Source: Candidatus Omnitrophota bacterium
Lineage (GTDB): Bacteria; Omnitrophota; Gorgyraeia; Zapsychrales; Zapsychraceae
Direction of reading: 5' to 3'
Assembly: GCA_020429915.1 (NCBI GenBank)
Contig: JAGQKV010000018.1
Span: 69,770 to 133,769 of the forward strand
Length of the DNA stretch: 64,000 nt
The notes under the pieces are model-generated. The model saw nothing but the letters and a program-made list of their open reading frames with translations. It did not search any database and was not told the origin of the DNA. Of the stretch, positions 9,865 to 18,524 are shown piece by piece. Both the position numbers and the translations under genes were made by a program. Positions within the stretch are counted from its first letter, which is position 1. Every line of letters starts with the position of its first letter.

Positions 9865-11343
9865 TCAGGATTTAATCACCATTTGCTTAATGTCCCAAAT
9901 GAACTCTTTTTCCTTGATCCAGATAACCGCCCCGAATGCCGCGCTGATGATCGTAGAATTAAGCAGGAATTTGACGATAGCGTGTGCTTCCAGGGCCATC
10001 ACGTACGGATTGGTTAGGGCAAAGGCGATTCCCATCGCGGCACAGGCCCACAATGTGGAGCTTAGAACTGCCAACACCTCGGACCACTTCACTTTTATGA
10101 GATTCAGTGTAATTGATTGTCCAATGAAAAACATGACAATGGTCAGAACTAAAATAAACCAGGATACGCCGACAATACCGTACGTTCTTGCGACCGGGAT
10201 CAAGGCGACAAACAGGATGACGGCCTTGATGCTCCCAAGAATAAATCCTATCTTCGGCTTATTCAAGCTCAGCAAAATAGGCCCTTTGGCATATCCCATT
10301 GCAGTAAACAGACCGCAAAACGCCAGAATCTGTAACAATGGTACGGCATCAATCCACTTCGATCCATATGCAACGACCAGAAAGTCGCCTCCGATAAGAA
10401 ATAGCCCTAAAGTTACCGGCGCACAAATCATAAACACCACTTTATAGACTCTCAAGAAAGCCATCTTCATATTATATAGGTTTCCCTGAAGCTTCGAGTA
10501 GGTAGGAAATAATACGTGACTCACTTTCACTCCAAGAAAAGCGGCTGGTATGCTAGCCAAATTGTTAGCAATCGAATAGACGCCCAGCGTGGATATATCG
10601 ATGACTTTGGGGATAATGATCTTGTCGAAACTCCTTTCCAAAAACCAGATCAATGAACTCAAGAAAACAAACTTTCCGAAATGAAGCATCTCTAAGGCAA
10701 CTTTTTTATCAAAAGTAAAAGACGGCCGCCAAGGTACCGCCCGCCAAAACAAAATGCATCGTATGCATTCCGTTGCCAAATAGGCAACGACCAGACTCCA
10801 CACACCGCAACCACTGAAAGCCAAAGTCAGTGCTGTAACGGAATAAAATACCTGTGAAACTACAGTTATTCTCGCAATGACATCGAACTTTATATCTTTT
10901 TCAAGTAAAGTTAATGGAACCTTACTTAAAGTAAAAATAACAAAGAACAGACCTAGGGCCCTCAATACCTCAGGTAAATCGATGGCCTCTGGATAAAAAC
11001 TCGCGACAAATGGAGTAATCACCCATAGGACTCCGTAGAGAACGATTCCCATTGGTGGTATGATGAGAAATGCCGTGTCGGTAGCCTTGTCCAGATCTTT
11101 AGTCCTCTGGATCAAGGCTTTATCGATACCGATACTCTTAAAGAGCCCTAAACCGTCGATGACGACAAACGCCAGGGCGTACAACCCGAAGTCTTCCTTA
11201 TCCAGCATGCGGGCCAGGAAAATCGTGACCACCATGCTGGAAATCTTCAGCACCACTTCCGCCATGGTCGTCCACTTGACGGAGCGGATCGCCTTCATCT
11301 TCAGACTCGGTTCTTCTTTGGGTATGTTCTCGGTATTGCCCAT
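9865..11343 (-). CDS. Wzx-type polysaccharide flippase (MOP/PST family)
   Basis: ORF track 9865..11460; first 39 codons overlap the upstream gene. ATG at 11343 lies 1 nt after that gene's stop and gives MGNTENIPKEEPSLKMKAIRSVKWTTMAEVVLKISSM.. followed by ~12-14 TM segments typical of PST flippases. Confidence 0.7.
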   Translation of the reverse strand: MGNTENIPKEEPSLKMKAIRSVKWTTMAEVVLKISSMVVTIFLARMLDKEDFGLYALAFVVIDGLGLFKSIGIDKALIQRTKDLDKATDTAFLIIPPMGIVLYGVLWVITPFVASFYPEAIDLPEVLRALGLFFVIFTLSKVPLTLLEKDIKFDVIARITVVSQVFYSVTALTLAFSGCGVWSLVVAYLATECIRCILFWRAVPWRPSFTFDKKVALEMLHFGKFVFLSSLIWFLERSFDKIIIPKVIDISTLGVYSIANNLASIPAAFLGVKVSHVLFPTYSKLQGNLYNMKMAFLRVYKVVFMICAPVTLGLFLIGGDFLVVAYGSKWIDAVPLLQILAFCGLFTAMGYAKGPILLSLNKPKIGFILGSIKAVILFVALIPVARTYGIVGVSWFILVLTIVMFFIGQSITLNLIKVKWSEVLAVLSSTLWACAAMGIAFALTNPYVMALEAHAIVKFLLNSTIISAAFGAVIWIKEKEFIWDIKQMVIKS

Positions 11344-11344
11344 T

Positions 11345-12460
11345 TTAAATCTTCCCGTTGACTCCCATGTGCTCCAAAAACCGGTCGGCAATTCGCGACC
11401 AGCGAAACGGTTCGGCATGCGCCACCACCGCGGCGCGGTCAAAGCGCACCTCACCGTCAAAAAACTGCCTTAGCCGGCGCCGGCAATTCTCGACGTTTGG
11501 TTCATCCACAAATATCCCACTGACGCCCTCCTTCACGGCGCTGCTCGACCCGTTGCCACGACTGGCCAGCACCGGAGTCCCGCTGGCGTTGGCCTCCAGA
11601 TACACCATACCGAAACCTTCCACATCAACCGACGTAGTATAGGGAACCAGCACGAATAAATCGGCGCTGCGGTAACACTGCTTCAATTCATCAAAGGCGA
11701 CGCGGCCTTTGATATGCACCCGTCCCTGCAAACCGGACTCCATGACCAATTCTTCCAGGGCCGGGCGCATCATGCCGTCCCCGATAACCGTATATTCAAA
11801 GGAATAGTCGTTCTTCAAGAATGCCAGGGCCTTGATCACACTGCCGATATTCTTGCGGGGATTGGTCAACCGCGCCACACTCATCAGGGAAAAGGTCCCG
11901 TTCGGCGCTGATTCGTGCTCCTGAAAGAAACTGGGATCCACACCGGGATTAATCACATGGACCTTGGGTTCCAGTTCGGGAAACATTTTGAGAAAACGGT
12001 CTCTGGTAAATTCACTGTTCGGAAAAATCCCGGTGACCTTGGGCAGATGTTTTCTGCGTACTGGCCGAAAAATAGTCTTTTCGATTTGAGGCCGCAGGCG
12101 CCAGATGCCGCGCTGATGAAGCCAGGGCAATTCGTACGTCACCCAAGGCGACAGAAAATCATTTCCGTGCGCACACACATAGACATTCGGTTTGTGCCGC
12201 GCCAGCATACTGTAAGAAGAATTAATCCCCAACCAGACATCCATGTCATGTCCGATCAATTGCGGCAAGTCATGATTCAGGTCCTTGGTCAGGACCTTAT
12301 GCGCGGTAACACCCGGGACAGGTTCACCCGTCGCTTTGATGAACAGGTGGACATCATGACCGCGGTCGCGGAAATTCTCCACCAGCTGCGCGGCATAGTT
12401 TTCCATTCCTCCGATCTCGGGAAAAAAATCTACGGCAATTACTCCGATTTTGCGGCCCAT
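11345..12460 (-). CDS. glycosyltransferase family 4
   Basis: ORF track 11345..12604; internal ATG at 12460 is preceded by AGAGAGGA Shine-Dalgarno and gives MGRKIGVIAVDFFPEIGGMENYAAQL..; C-terminal ..TTSVDVEGFGMVYLEANASGTPVLASRGNGSSSAVKEGVSGIFVDE.. Confidence 0.75.
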   Translation of the reverse strand: MGRKIGVIAVDFFPEIGGMENYAAQLVENFRDRGHDVHLFIKATGEPVPGVTAHKVLTKDLNHDLPQLIGHDMDVWLGINSSYSMLARHKPNVYVCAHGNDFLSPWVTYELPWLHQRGIWRLRPQIEKTIFRPVRRKHLPKVTGIFPNSEFTRDRFLKMFPELEPKVHVINPGVDPSFFQEHESAPNGTFSLMSVARLTNPRKNIGSVIKALAFLKNDYSFEYTVIGDGMMRPALEELVMESGLQGRVHIKGRVAFDELKQCYRSADLFVLVPYTTSVDVEGFGMVYLEANASGTPVLASRGNGSSSAVKEGVSGIFVDEPNVENCRRRLRQFFDGEVRFDRAAVVAHAEPFRWSRIADRFLEHMGVNGKI

Positions 12461-13407
12461 GCGCGCGTCCTCTCTTCTGTTCGTTGTGCTGTCTTTCTCG
12501 CTCCCTGACAATATCCGCTCATCCACATCAGTTTGCACCAGGACTCTAATCGTCTTTGACTGCTGAAACCGTTGACCATCAACCGCCCGCTGCGCTGCAG
12601 CCATTCCTTGACCAAATACGCCGGAACACCAGCGAACCGCCGCTCACAAAGCCGCAGACTGTCTTGATGCGACCGGGCAATGCTGTAGCCGTGGCGGAAA
12701 AACCAGTTCGTCACATAGCCGAATGTCATCCGGTGCGGCTGATGCAAATGCTCAACCACGGACCGCGCCGAATAATACACCCTGCCCTTGGCGGCAATAC
12801 GCCGGAACAAATCGGTATCCTCACCGCCGACCGGCGCGTCACTTCCCGGCCCCAAATCTTCGCTGAATCCGCCGACGCGCGTCACCATGTCCCGGCGGAC
12901 CGCCATGTTCGCGCCCACGAACGGCAGCATGTGCTCAGTGTAATACCGACTTTCGTCTCCCTCATCGCGGAAGACGATCGGGCCGTTTAAAAACTGCCGG
13001 TGTTCCTTGATCCAGGCCGGCGTCCCGGCGGGATAGACCGGCAGGACCTTGCCGCCAATCGCGTCACAGCCGGTCTGTTCGAATACATCATAAAGACCGC
13101 GGACCCATTCGCTCTGCGGCAGGACATCATCGTCGGTAAAACCGAGATAACGTCCGGTCGCAGCTTGGATGCCCGTATTGCGGGCCGCGGACAATGACGG
13201 AAGGCTTTCGGATAGAATCCGGACAGGCAGTCCCGTACGTGCGCGTACGCCTTCTGCGACGACCAGCGATTCATCCGTGCAGTTGTGGTCCACCAGGATG
13301 ACCTCCCAGTTCAGACCGGACAACCCCGTCTGACTACTGAGCGCGGTCAGCGACTGGCTCAGCAGGTGAGCCCGGTTAAAAGTCGCCATTATGATACTGA
13401 TATCCAT
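12439..13407 (-). CDS. glycosyltransferase family 2
   Basis: 322 aa; MDISIIMATFNRAHLL.. DxD region ..GFTDDDVLPQ..; classic GT2-A fold signature. Confidence 0.8.
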   Translation of the reverse strand: MDISIIMATFNRAHLLSQSLTALSSQTGLSGLNWEVILVDHNCTDESLVVAEGVRARTGLPVRILSESLPSLSAARNTGIQAATGRYLGFTDDDVLPQSEWVRGLYDVFEQTGCDAIGGKVLPVYPAGTPAWIKEHRQFLNGPIVFRDEGDESRYYTEHMLPFVGANMAVRRDMVTRVGGFSEDLGPGSDAPVGGEDTDLFRRIAAKGRVYYSARSVVEHLHQPHRMTFGYVTNWFFRHGYSIARSHQDSLRLCERRFAGVPAYLVKEWLQRSGRLMVNGFSSQRRLESWCKLMWMSGYCQGARKTAQRTEERTRAWAAKSE

Positions 13408-13521
13408 CGCAAAGGCTTAAAAAAAATCTCAGACCCTGCCCTCCGGCTCCGATGGACGGATGTCGCCTACACCTTTCACGGTGATGTCATCAAAGCCTGC
13501 TGAGAGAGTCTGAGATTGTGA

Positions 13522-14307
13522 TTAAAGGTAGCGGTAAATGTACTCCGGCAAATGATACTCGATATTTGTCAACACATGCCCCAAAATTTTGGAGTGTGAT
13601 TGAAACAGCAATTCTTCAGCCCGCTTGACGATCCCACGCTGGGTCCGCCCGGCCTGGATGACCAGGATAACACCGTCGGTTTGGGCTCCGACAATACCCG
13701 AGTCCGTAACCGAAATGATCGGCGGTGTATCGATGATGATGTGATCGAACTCGCCGCGCATCTGGTTCAAAAACCTTTTGAAGGAGTCCGACGCGAGCAG
13801 TTCGGAGGGATACTCCGGAACCTTACCCGACTGGATCAACGCCAGATTTTCGATGTCCACATGGAACAACGCGTCTTTGGCTTCGGCTTCACCCGAGAGA
13901 ACCTCGGACAGACCGATTGTCGGCTCGGTCCCCAGATACTTGGCGACCTTACCTTTTCGCAAATCCGCGTCCACTAACAGAACACGCGGCTTGTGGACGG
14001 CCTGCGCCAGTGACATCGCCAGGTTCAAGGACGTAATCGTCTTCCCTTCGGAATGGATCGAGCTGGTGATGACAAAGGTCTTGGGCGGCTTACCTTTATT
14101 CATGGACAAAACGTTGGTTCTAAGAATTTTGTACTGCTCGCTGATCAAGGCCTTGGGATCGAAATATGTGATGATACTGGGATCGACCTTCGATTCCCCG
14201 ATCTTCTTGACGATCAGTTTGTCCCGTTCCCGAATCTGTGAGACCTTTTCAATCCGTTGAATCCGTTCCTCAGCCGCTTTCTTCAATGCATTCGTAATCT
14301 TACCCAT
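13522..14307 (-). CDS. exopolysaccharide tyrosine autokinase, stand-alone BY-kinase ATPase domain (MinD/ParA-type P-loop; EpsG/CpsD-like)
   Basis: 261 aa; Walker A VITSSIHSEGKTITSLNLA, Walker A' LLVDADLRKG, Walker B HIIIDTPP; C-terminal Tyr-rich tail ..EYHLPEYIYRYL. Confidence 0.8.
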   Translation of the reverse strand: MGKITNALKKAAEERIQRIEKVSQIRERDKLIVKKIGESKVDPSIITYFDPKALISEQYKILRTNVLSMNKGKPPKTFVITSSIHSEGKTITSLNLAMSLAQAVHKPRVLLVDADLRKGKVAKYLGTEPTIGLSEVLSGEAEAKDALFHVDIENLALIQSGKVPEYPSELLASDSFKRFLNQMRGEFDHIIIDTPPIISVTDSGIVGAQTDGVILVIQAGRTQRGIVKRAEELLFQSHSKILGHVLTNIEYHLPEYIYRYL

Positions 14308-14416
14308 CCTTGATCATCTCCTATTCTCAAGATCGTCTCGGTGACGTCGTGTTAATCCAAGATTACCACAGCGGCTGGCCATCGGCCAGCCGCCTTGGTC
14401 CATTAGGTTCCCCAAC

Positions 14417-14827
14417 CTAATTCGCTTCCCGTCTTAAATACTCAAATCCCCCGAAAAGACAGAGTTTCTCGACCATACCCCGCCCTTCCTCAAACATTTT
14501 CTGAAAGTAATCCGCTGTCACGTAATTCCACTGCCTTGCGATGTACAGTTGGGCGATAGTTTCGTGGACCGCCTCCACGGCATTTCTCAAGCATGACTCC
14601 AGTGCGTGTTGGGACCGGCTGCGGGAGGCCTTGGCCACCCGATCGGCGATCCGGACGGAGGACGCCAGGATCTTATCTTTCAGACCGCGCTTGGCATCAT
14701 CCGGCATGGTGACGGCGACGCCGTTGATCCGGTTGATGAACTCGACCGCTTCCTTCCATACATCCAGGGTGTCCCGGCGAAGAGAGGGATCAAAACGGCT
14801 GAATTGTCGGTCGTTGATGGAGTACAT
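14417..14827 (-). CDS. hypothetical protein, possible four-helix-bundle protein
   Basis: ORF track 14417..14893; ATG at 14827 sits 1 nt after the stop (14829) of the upstream ATPase gene. All-helical prediction from composition; weak resemblance to TIGR02436-type four-helix-bundle proteins. Confidence 0.35.
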   Translation of the reverse strand: MYSINDRQFSRFDPSLRRDTLDVWKEAVEFINRINGVAVTMPDDAKRGLKDKILASSVRIADRVAKASRSRSQHALESCLRNAVEAVHETIAQLYIARQWNYVTADYFQKMFEEGRGMVEKLCLFGGFEYLRREAN

Positions 14828-14828
14828 G

Positions 14829-15695
14829 TTAGTTCCTTTGTATAAAGGGCATTTCTTCGGATGTCGCGTTCGGATTGACTTCGCCGATGACAACCATCGG
14901 TGATTCGTTAATAACTTCCATCATCAGCGTGGCGTTGATCAGCGGAACCTCGCGGATGTAGCCGGTCAACAACGCGCTGTCGCAAATTTGATTGATCAGG
15001 CGCGGTGTCCCCTTCGAAAAGCGGTAGACCAGCTCCAAGGCATCGGGCGTAAAATACTCCCGGTCACTGTTGCTCGCCACCTTAACACGGTGACGAATAT
15101 AATTGATGGTGTCTTCCCGGGTCAACGGCGTGAGGTGATAAAACACCGCGATCCGTTGCCGCAACTGTTCCAACCGCGGTAGCGCCAGCTTCTGACGTAA
15201 TTCCGGCTGACCGAGGAACAGGATCTGAATCAGTTTCTCGTTCTCGGTCTCCAGATTGGAGAGCATGCGGACCTCTTCCAAAACCGACGGCTTCAGGTTC
15301 TGGGCTTCATCAATGATCAAAACCACATTGTTGTCCATACGCAGCTCTTCAATCAAGTAATCGTTGAGCTGAGCAATAAGCCGGGATTTGGACCCGGGGA
15401 CAAAGTCCACTTCGAATTCTTCGAGAATGGAGGTCAGCAGATCCTTCCCGCTGATGTGAGTGTTGGTGATCAGCGCAGTTTTGGTATTCGGATCGAGCTG
15501 ATTCAACAGGGTTCGACAGACCGTGGTCTTTCCGGAACCGATATTCCCGCTGACGACCACGAATCCCTTACGCTCTTTAATGGCATAGAGCAATGTGCTC
15601 AGGGCCTCGGAGTGCTTCTCGCTTTCGAAGAAGAAGCGGGAATTCGGCGTCAAATTAAATGGCGCTTCAGCAAAACCGTAGTAGTTAAAATACAT
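14829..15695 (-). CDS. ExeA/GspA-like AAA ATPase (EPS/PEP-CTERM-locus secretion ATPase, EpsI-like)
   Basis: 288 aa; P-loop ..GFVVVSGNIGSGKTTVCRTLLNQL.., Walker B ..NVVLIIDEAQNL..; architecture matches ExeA-family ATPases found in exosortase-associated EPS loci. Confidence 0.7.
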   Translation of the reverse strand: MYFNYYGFAEAPFNLTPNSRFFFESEKHSEALSTLLYAIKERKGFVVVSGNIGSGKTTVCRTLLNQLDPNTKTALITNTHISGKDLLTSILEEFEVDFVPGSKSRLIAQLNDYLIEELRMDNNVVLIIDEAQNLKPSVLEEVRMLSNLETENEKLIQILFLGQPELRQKLALPRLEQLRQRIAVFYHLTPLTREDTINYIRHRVKVASNSDREYFTPDALELVYRFSKGTPRLINQICDSALLTGYIREVPLINATLMMEVINESPMVVIGEVNPNATSEEMPFIQRN

Positions 15696-15708
15696 ATCCG
15701 TCGCATCC

Positions 15709-17010
15709 TTAGATAATGGTGGTCAAGGCGGTCGTCACCACGATGGCGATAATCCCGCCGAGGATCACCAAACTGTATAACCAACTCAATCGTTCCCGTT
15801 CCTTACGCAAACTCGCATCCGTATTGATCTTGGAAATGGCGCCCAACAACGGTTGTCCAAAGAACTTGTTGGCGTCCTCCACATCGATAAACGACTTGTC
15901 CAGAAATTCCAGACCGAAGACCAGCACGATACCGAACATCGCGCCGGCAGCGGCACCGGCGATCCCGACCAACACTTTGTTCGGCCGGATCGGCTTCAAC
16001 GGCAGACGCGGGGGGTCCAGGATCGTATACTTGGTTCCTTCTTTGGAGGCCTGCAAACGCTGGGTAATCTTGGCCGTCTCGGCGCGTTGCAGCAACGTGT
16101 TGTAAATCTGATTGTTGACCTGGACATCGCGGGCCATGACGTTATCCAGCCTGTCCAACAACATCAGCTTGTAAGCGTCCTTCTGGATTTCATCGGCCTT
16201 ATTAGGCTGTCCGCTGGCCAGACTGATTCCCGCGACCGTGCCGCCGTCGATATTATCGAGGGCCTTGCGGATTTCATCGATAATCGGCCGGGTGGTGGAC
16301 ATGTCCAGCGCGGCCGCCTCGCTAAATTCGAGATTCTCGCGCTCGAGCTCCTGCTCCTTCGACTTGATTTGCTCCCGCAGCTCTCTCACCCGCGGATGCC
16401 GTTCGGTCGAATCAATCAGGAGCGCGTTCAACTGGTCCCGCAACTGAACGATCTCGGCGGATTTGATCTTGCCCCGATAGACCCGCAATTGCTCTTCGAT
16501 AAACTGGATGGCGTCGGCCGTTTCCCGGTTTTGAATATTCACGTTGCGTTCGATGAAGATCTCGGTGATATTCTTGACCACCGCCTGCGTTGTTTCCGGC
16601 GTCGCACCGACATAGGAAAGGTCGATGATGTTACGGCCTTTCAGATTGATGTCGATCTTATCCCGGATACCGAGGATGAGTTTTTCCAATTCCTGGGGTG
16701 TTTTGATTTCCTTATCCATTTCCAGGCGTTTGACCAGCTCCACCAAGCTGTTCCATCCCAGCATGGATTCCCGGATGGTGGCCAGGCGTTGATTCACGGT
16801 CGTGGATACGGCGATATTATTGAAGAGCGGATTGTCGCTCTTGCCGTCCTCTATCAGCAAAGTCGTCGAGGACTTGAACTTCTTGGGAAGAATGATCCCC
16901 GCGCAGATCCCCAGAATCAAGCCCGTGAAGACCGGGATAATGAAGTATTCCTTCCGGCGGAAGAAAATCTTCAGATAGTTCATAATGGATAGTTCAGCGT
17001 GTCGTGACAT
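15709..17010 (-). CDS. polysaccharide chain-length determinant (Wzz/GumC-like co-polymerase)
   Basis: 433 aa; N-terminal TM (IIPVFTGLILGICAGIILP), long coiled-coil periplasmic region, C-terminal TM (LSWLYSLVILGGIIAIVVTTALTTII); immediately upstream of the kinase as in Wzz + BY-kinase split systems. Confidence 0.7.
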   Translation of the reverse strand: MSRHAELSIMNYLKIFFRRKEYFIIPVFTGLILGICAGIILPKKFKSSTTLLIEDGKSDNPLFNNIAVSTTVNQRLATIRESMLGWNSLVELVKRLEMDKEIKTPQELEKLILGIRDKIDINLKGRNIIDLSYVGATPETTQAVVKNITEIFIERNVNIQNRETADAIQFIEEQLRVYRGKIKSAEIVQLRDQLNALLIDSTERHPRVRELREQIKSKEQELERENLEFSEAAALDMSTTRPIIDEIRKALDNIDGGTVAGISLASGQPNKADEIQKDAYKLMLLDRLDNVMARDVQVNNQIYNTLLQRAETAKITQRLQASKEGTKYTILDPPRLPLKPIRPNKVLVGIAGAAAGAMFGIVLVFGLEFLDKSFIDVEDANKFFGQPLLGAISKINTDASLRKERERLSWLYSLVILGGIIAIVVTTALTTII

Positions 17011-17047
17011 TTATGGCAACCTCTCCTCTATGATATTCTCACAAATT

Positions 17048-17848
17048 TTAGAATCCGCCCGTGGTAACGGTACGGCCTACTCCCGCTCCGGTAGTAATCG
17101 GCGCGGCCACCGGCTGAATCGTGCGCATGACCTTGGTCATAGCCGTCGGCGGTATAAACAACGTGTCGCCGGGTTTCATGACGAGATTCTCGCGCAAATC
17201 TCCTTTGTACAGCAGGCTCTTGACGTTCACTTTCTTTTGCTCGGGCACGCCATTGGCTGAGGGCGTGAACAATTTCGACTTCTCGACCTTGGCGGTCAGT
17301 AAGGGAAGTCCGGCCTGCAATAAAGCTTCCCGGACGGTGATCGTGTCCCCGCGCATAAAAATCTTTCCCGGTTGACCGACCTCGCCGATCACGTAGACCA
17401 CCTTGCTGTTGTAGCCAATGATCTTAACGGTCACTTCCGGTGAAATAATAAATTCGGTCAATTTCTCCTGCAGCGTATCCGTTACCTCATCCTTGGTTTG
17501 TCCGGCCACATGCACATCGCCGGCAAATTCGTACTGGATCTTGCCTTCCTGGTTGATGATGTACTGGCCGCTGACTTCCGGATGGCGCAGGACGGTCACT
17601 TCAATCACGTCGTTAACCCCCAGCGTGTAACGGCTGTCGCTCGGGACTTCCATATTAATGATGCCCGGATCAACCGGTTGGGCTCCCGCTTCGGCATATG
17701 TCTGCAAGACTTGCTGATTGATCAATTGCTGCTGTCGTTCCAGCTCTTCGGGAGTCATGGCTTGCTCCTTGGCGTGGGCCGGACCGGGGACCGCGATCAA
17801 CGCTGTCAAAAATACAATCATTTTATAGTGTCTCAGTAACTTCGTCAT
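17048..17848 (-). CDS. polysaccharide export protein (Wza/EpsE-like, poly_export + SLBB domains)
   Basis: 266 aa; signal peptide MTKLLRHYKMIVFLTALIAVPGPAHA; ..LGVNDVIEVTV.. and ..YVIGEVGQPGKIFMRGDTITVREALLQAGLP.. typical of Wza-type periplasmic export components. Confidence 0.7.
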   Translation of the reverse strand: MTKLLRHYKMIVFLTALIAVPGPAHAKEQAMTPEELERQQQLINQQVLQTYAEAGAQPVDPGIINMEVPSDSRYTLGVNDVIEVTVLRHPEVSGQYIINQEGKIQYEFAGDVHVAGQTKDEVTDTLQEKLTEFIISPEVTVKIIGYNSKVVYVIGEVGQPGKIFMRGDTITVREALLQAGLPLLTAKVEKSKLFTPSANGVPEQKKVNVKSLLYKGDLRENLVMKPGDTLFIPPTAMTKVMRTIQPVAAPITTGAGVGRTVTTGGF

Positions 17849-17882
17849 TTCTCAGACTCCCCTTGGTGTTAAATTTTGTCGC

Positions 17883-18056
17883 TTATACTTCGACAATGGT
17901 TTCGCGGAATTGCTTGATGCTCTCCAAATCGTCCTCATCATAAACGCGCCAACCGCGCCAGTCGCGTTTTGCCTTGCGGACTTTTCCGACCTTTTCCCAA
18001 CGAACGATCGTCTTTGGAGAAATGCCGACAATTTCAGCGACTTCGGTGATAGTCAT
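17883..18056 (-). CDS. small MerR/excisionase-type helix-turn-helix DNA-binding protein
   Basis: ORF track starts at a TTG (18173) that overlaps the sigma-54 promoter; first ATG at 18056 gives MTITEVAEIVGISPKTIVRWEKVGKVRKAKRDWRGWRVYDEDDLESIKQFRETIVEV (HTH_17/MerR-like). Confidence 0.45.
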   Translation of the reverse strand: MTITEVAEIVGISPKTIVRWEKVGKVRKAKRDWRGWRVYDEDDLESIKQFRETIVEV

Positions 18057-18169
18057 TCGTTTGTTCACTGTCTTCCTCCCTTTCGTTTTCCCTACATTAC
18101 TCGTGGCTTCATATCCGGTTGTTATCTCTGACCCCAAGGGGTCTGCGCTGCAATCACCTAAACTAGGGA

Positions 18170-18184
18170 GCAATTAGCGTGCCA
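18170..18184 (-). promoter_or_regulatory. sigma-54 (RpoN) -24/-12 promoter, perfect consensus TGGCAC-N5-TTGC on minus strand
   Basis: Plus strand reads GCAA-ttagc-GTGCCA at 18170-18184 (reverse complement TGGCACgctaaTTGC). ~115 nt upstream of the HTH gene ATG and at the head of the HTH-wza-wzz-ATPase-kinase-GT operon; rpoN is the next gene. Confidence 0.6.
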
Positions 18185-18524
18185 AACCCGGACAATGCCG
18201 GTCATCAAAATACTACGACTCATAAACATATGCAGTAGAAAGGTTTGTAAGGAAGGTTGAAACAAAAGCAGAAAAGATTGGACTTCACCTGTGTTTCTCG
18301 ATGTTTAAAAGAATAAACATTACAGTCCCGGACACACCCGGACACACTCGGAACGGCGTATTATATCAACAACTTACGGCAATGTCTATTTTTATCACCA
18401 TCCGCCGCCCCCTCCAGAATTGCAAGAAAAGGCATTTTAGAGCGATCCTGGCACTCCTGTCTAATATAGGTCTATAAATTAATAGAATTTGTAAATAATA
18501 ATCATTGTGGTATACTTTTTGCGT

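Noticed and set aside
18170-18506. Possible extended -10 promoter (TGGTATACT ~18505-18513) for rpoN
   Set aside because: It lies only ~10 nt upstream of the rpoN ATG, which would imply a near-leaderless mRNA. This is too uncertain to call.
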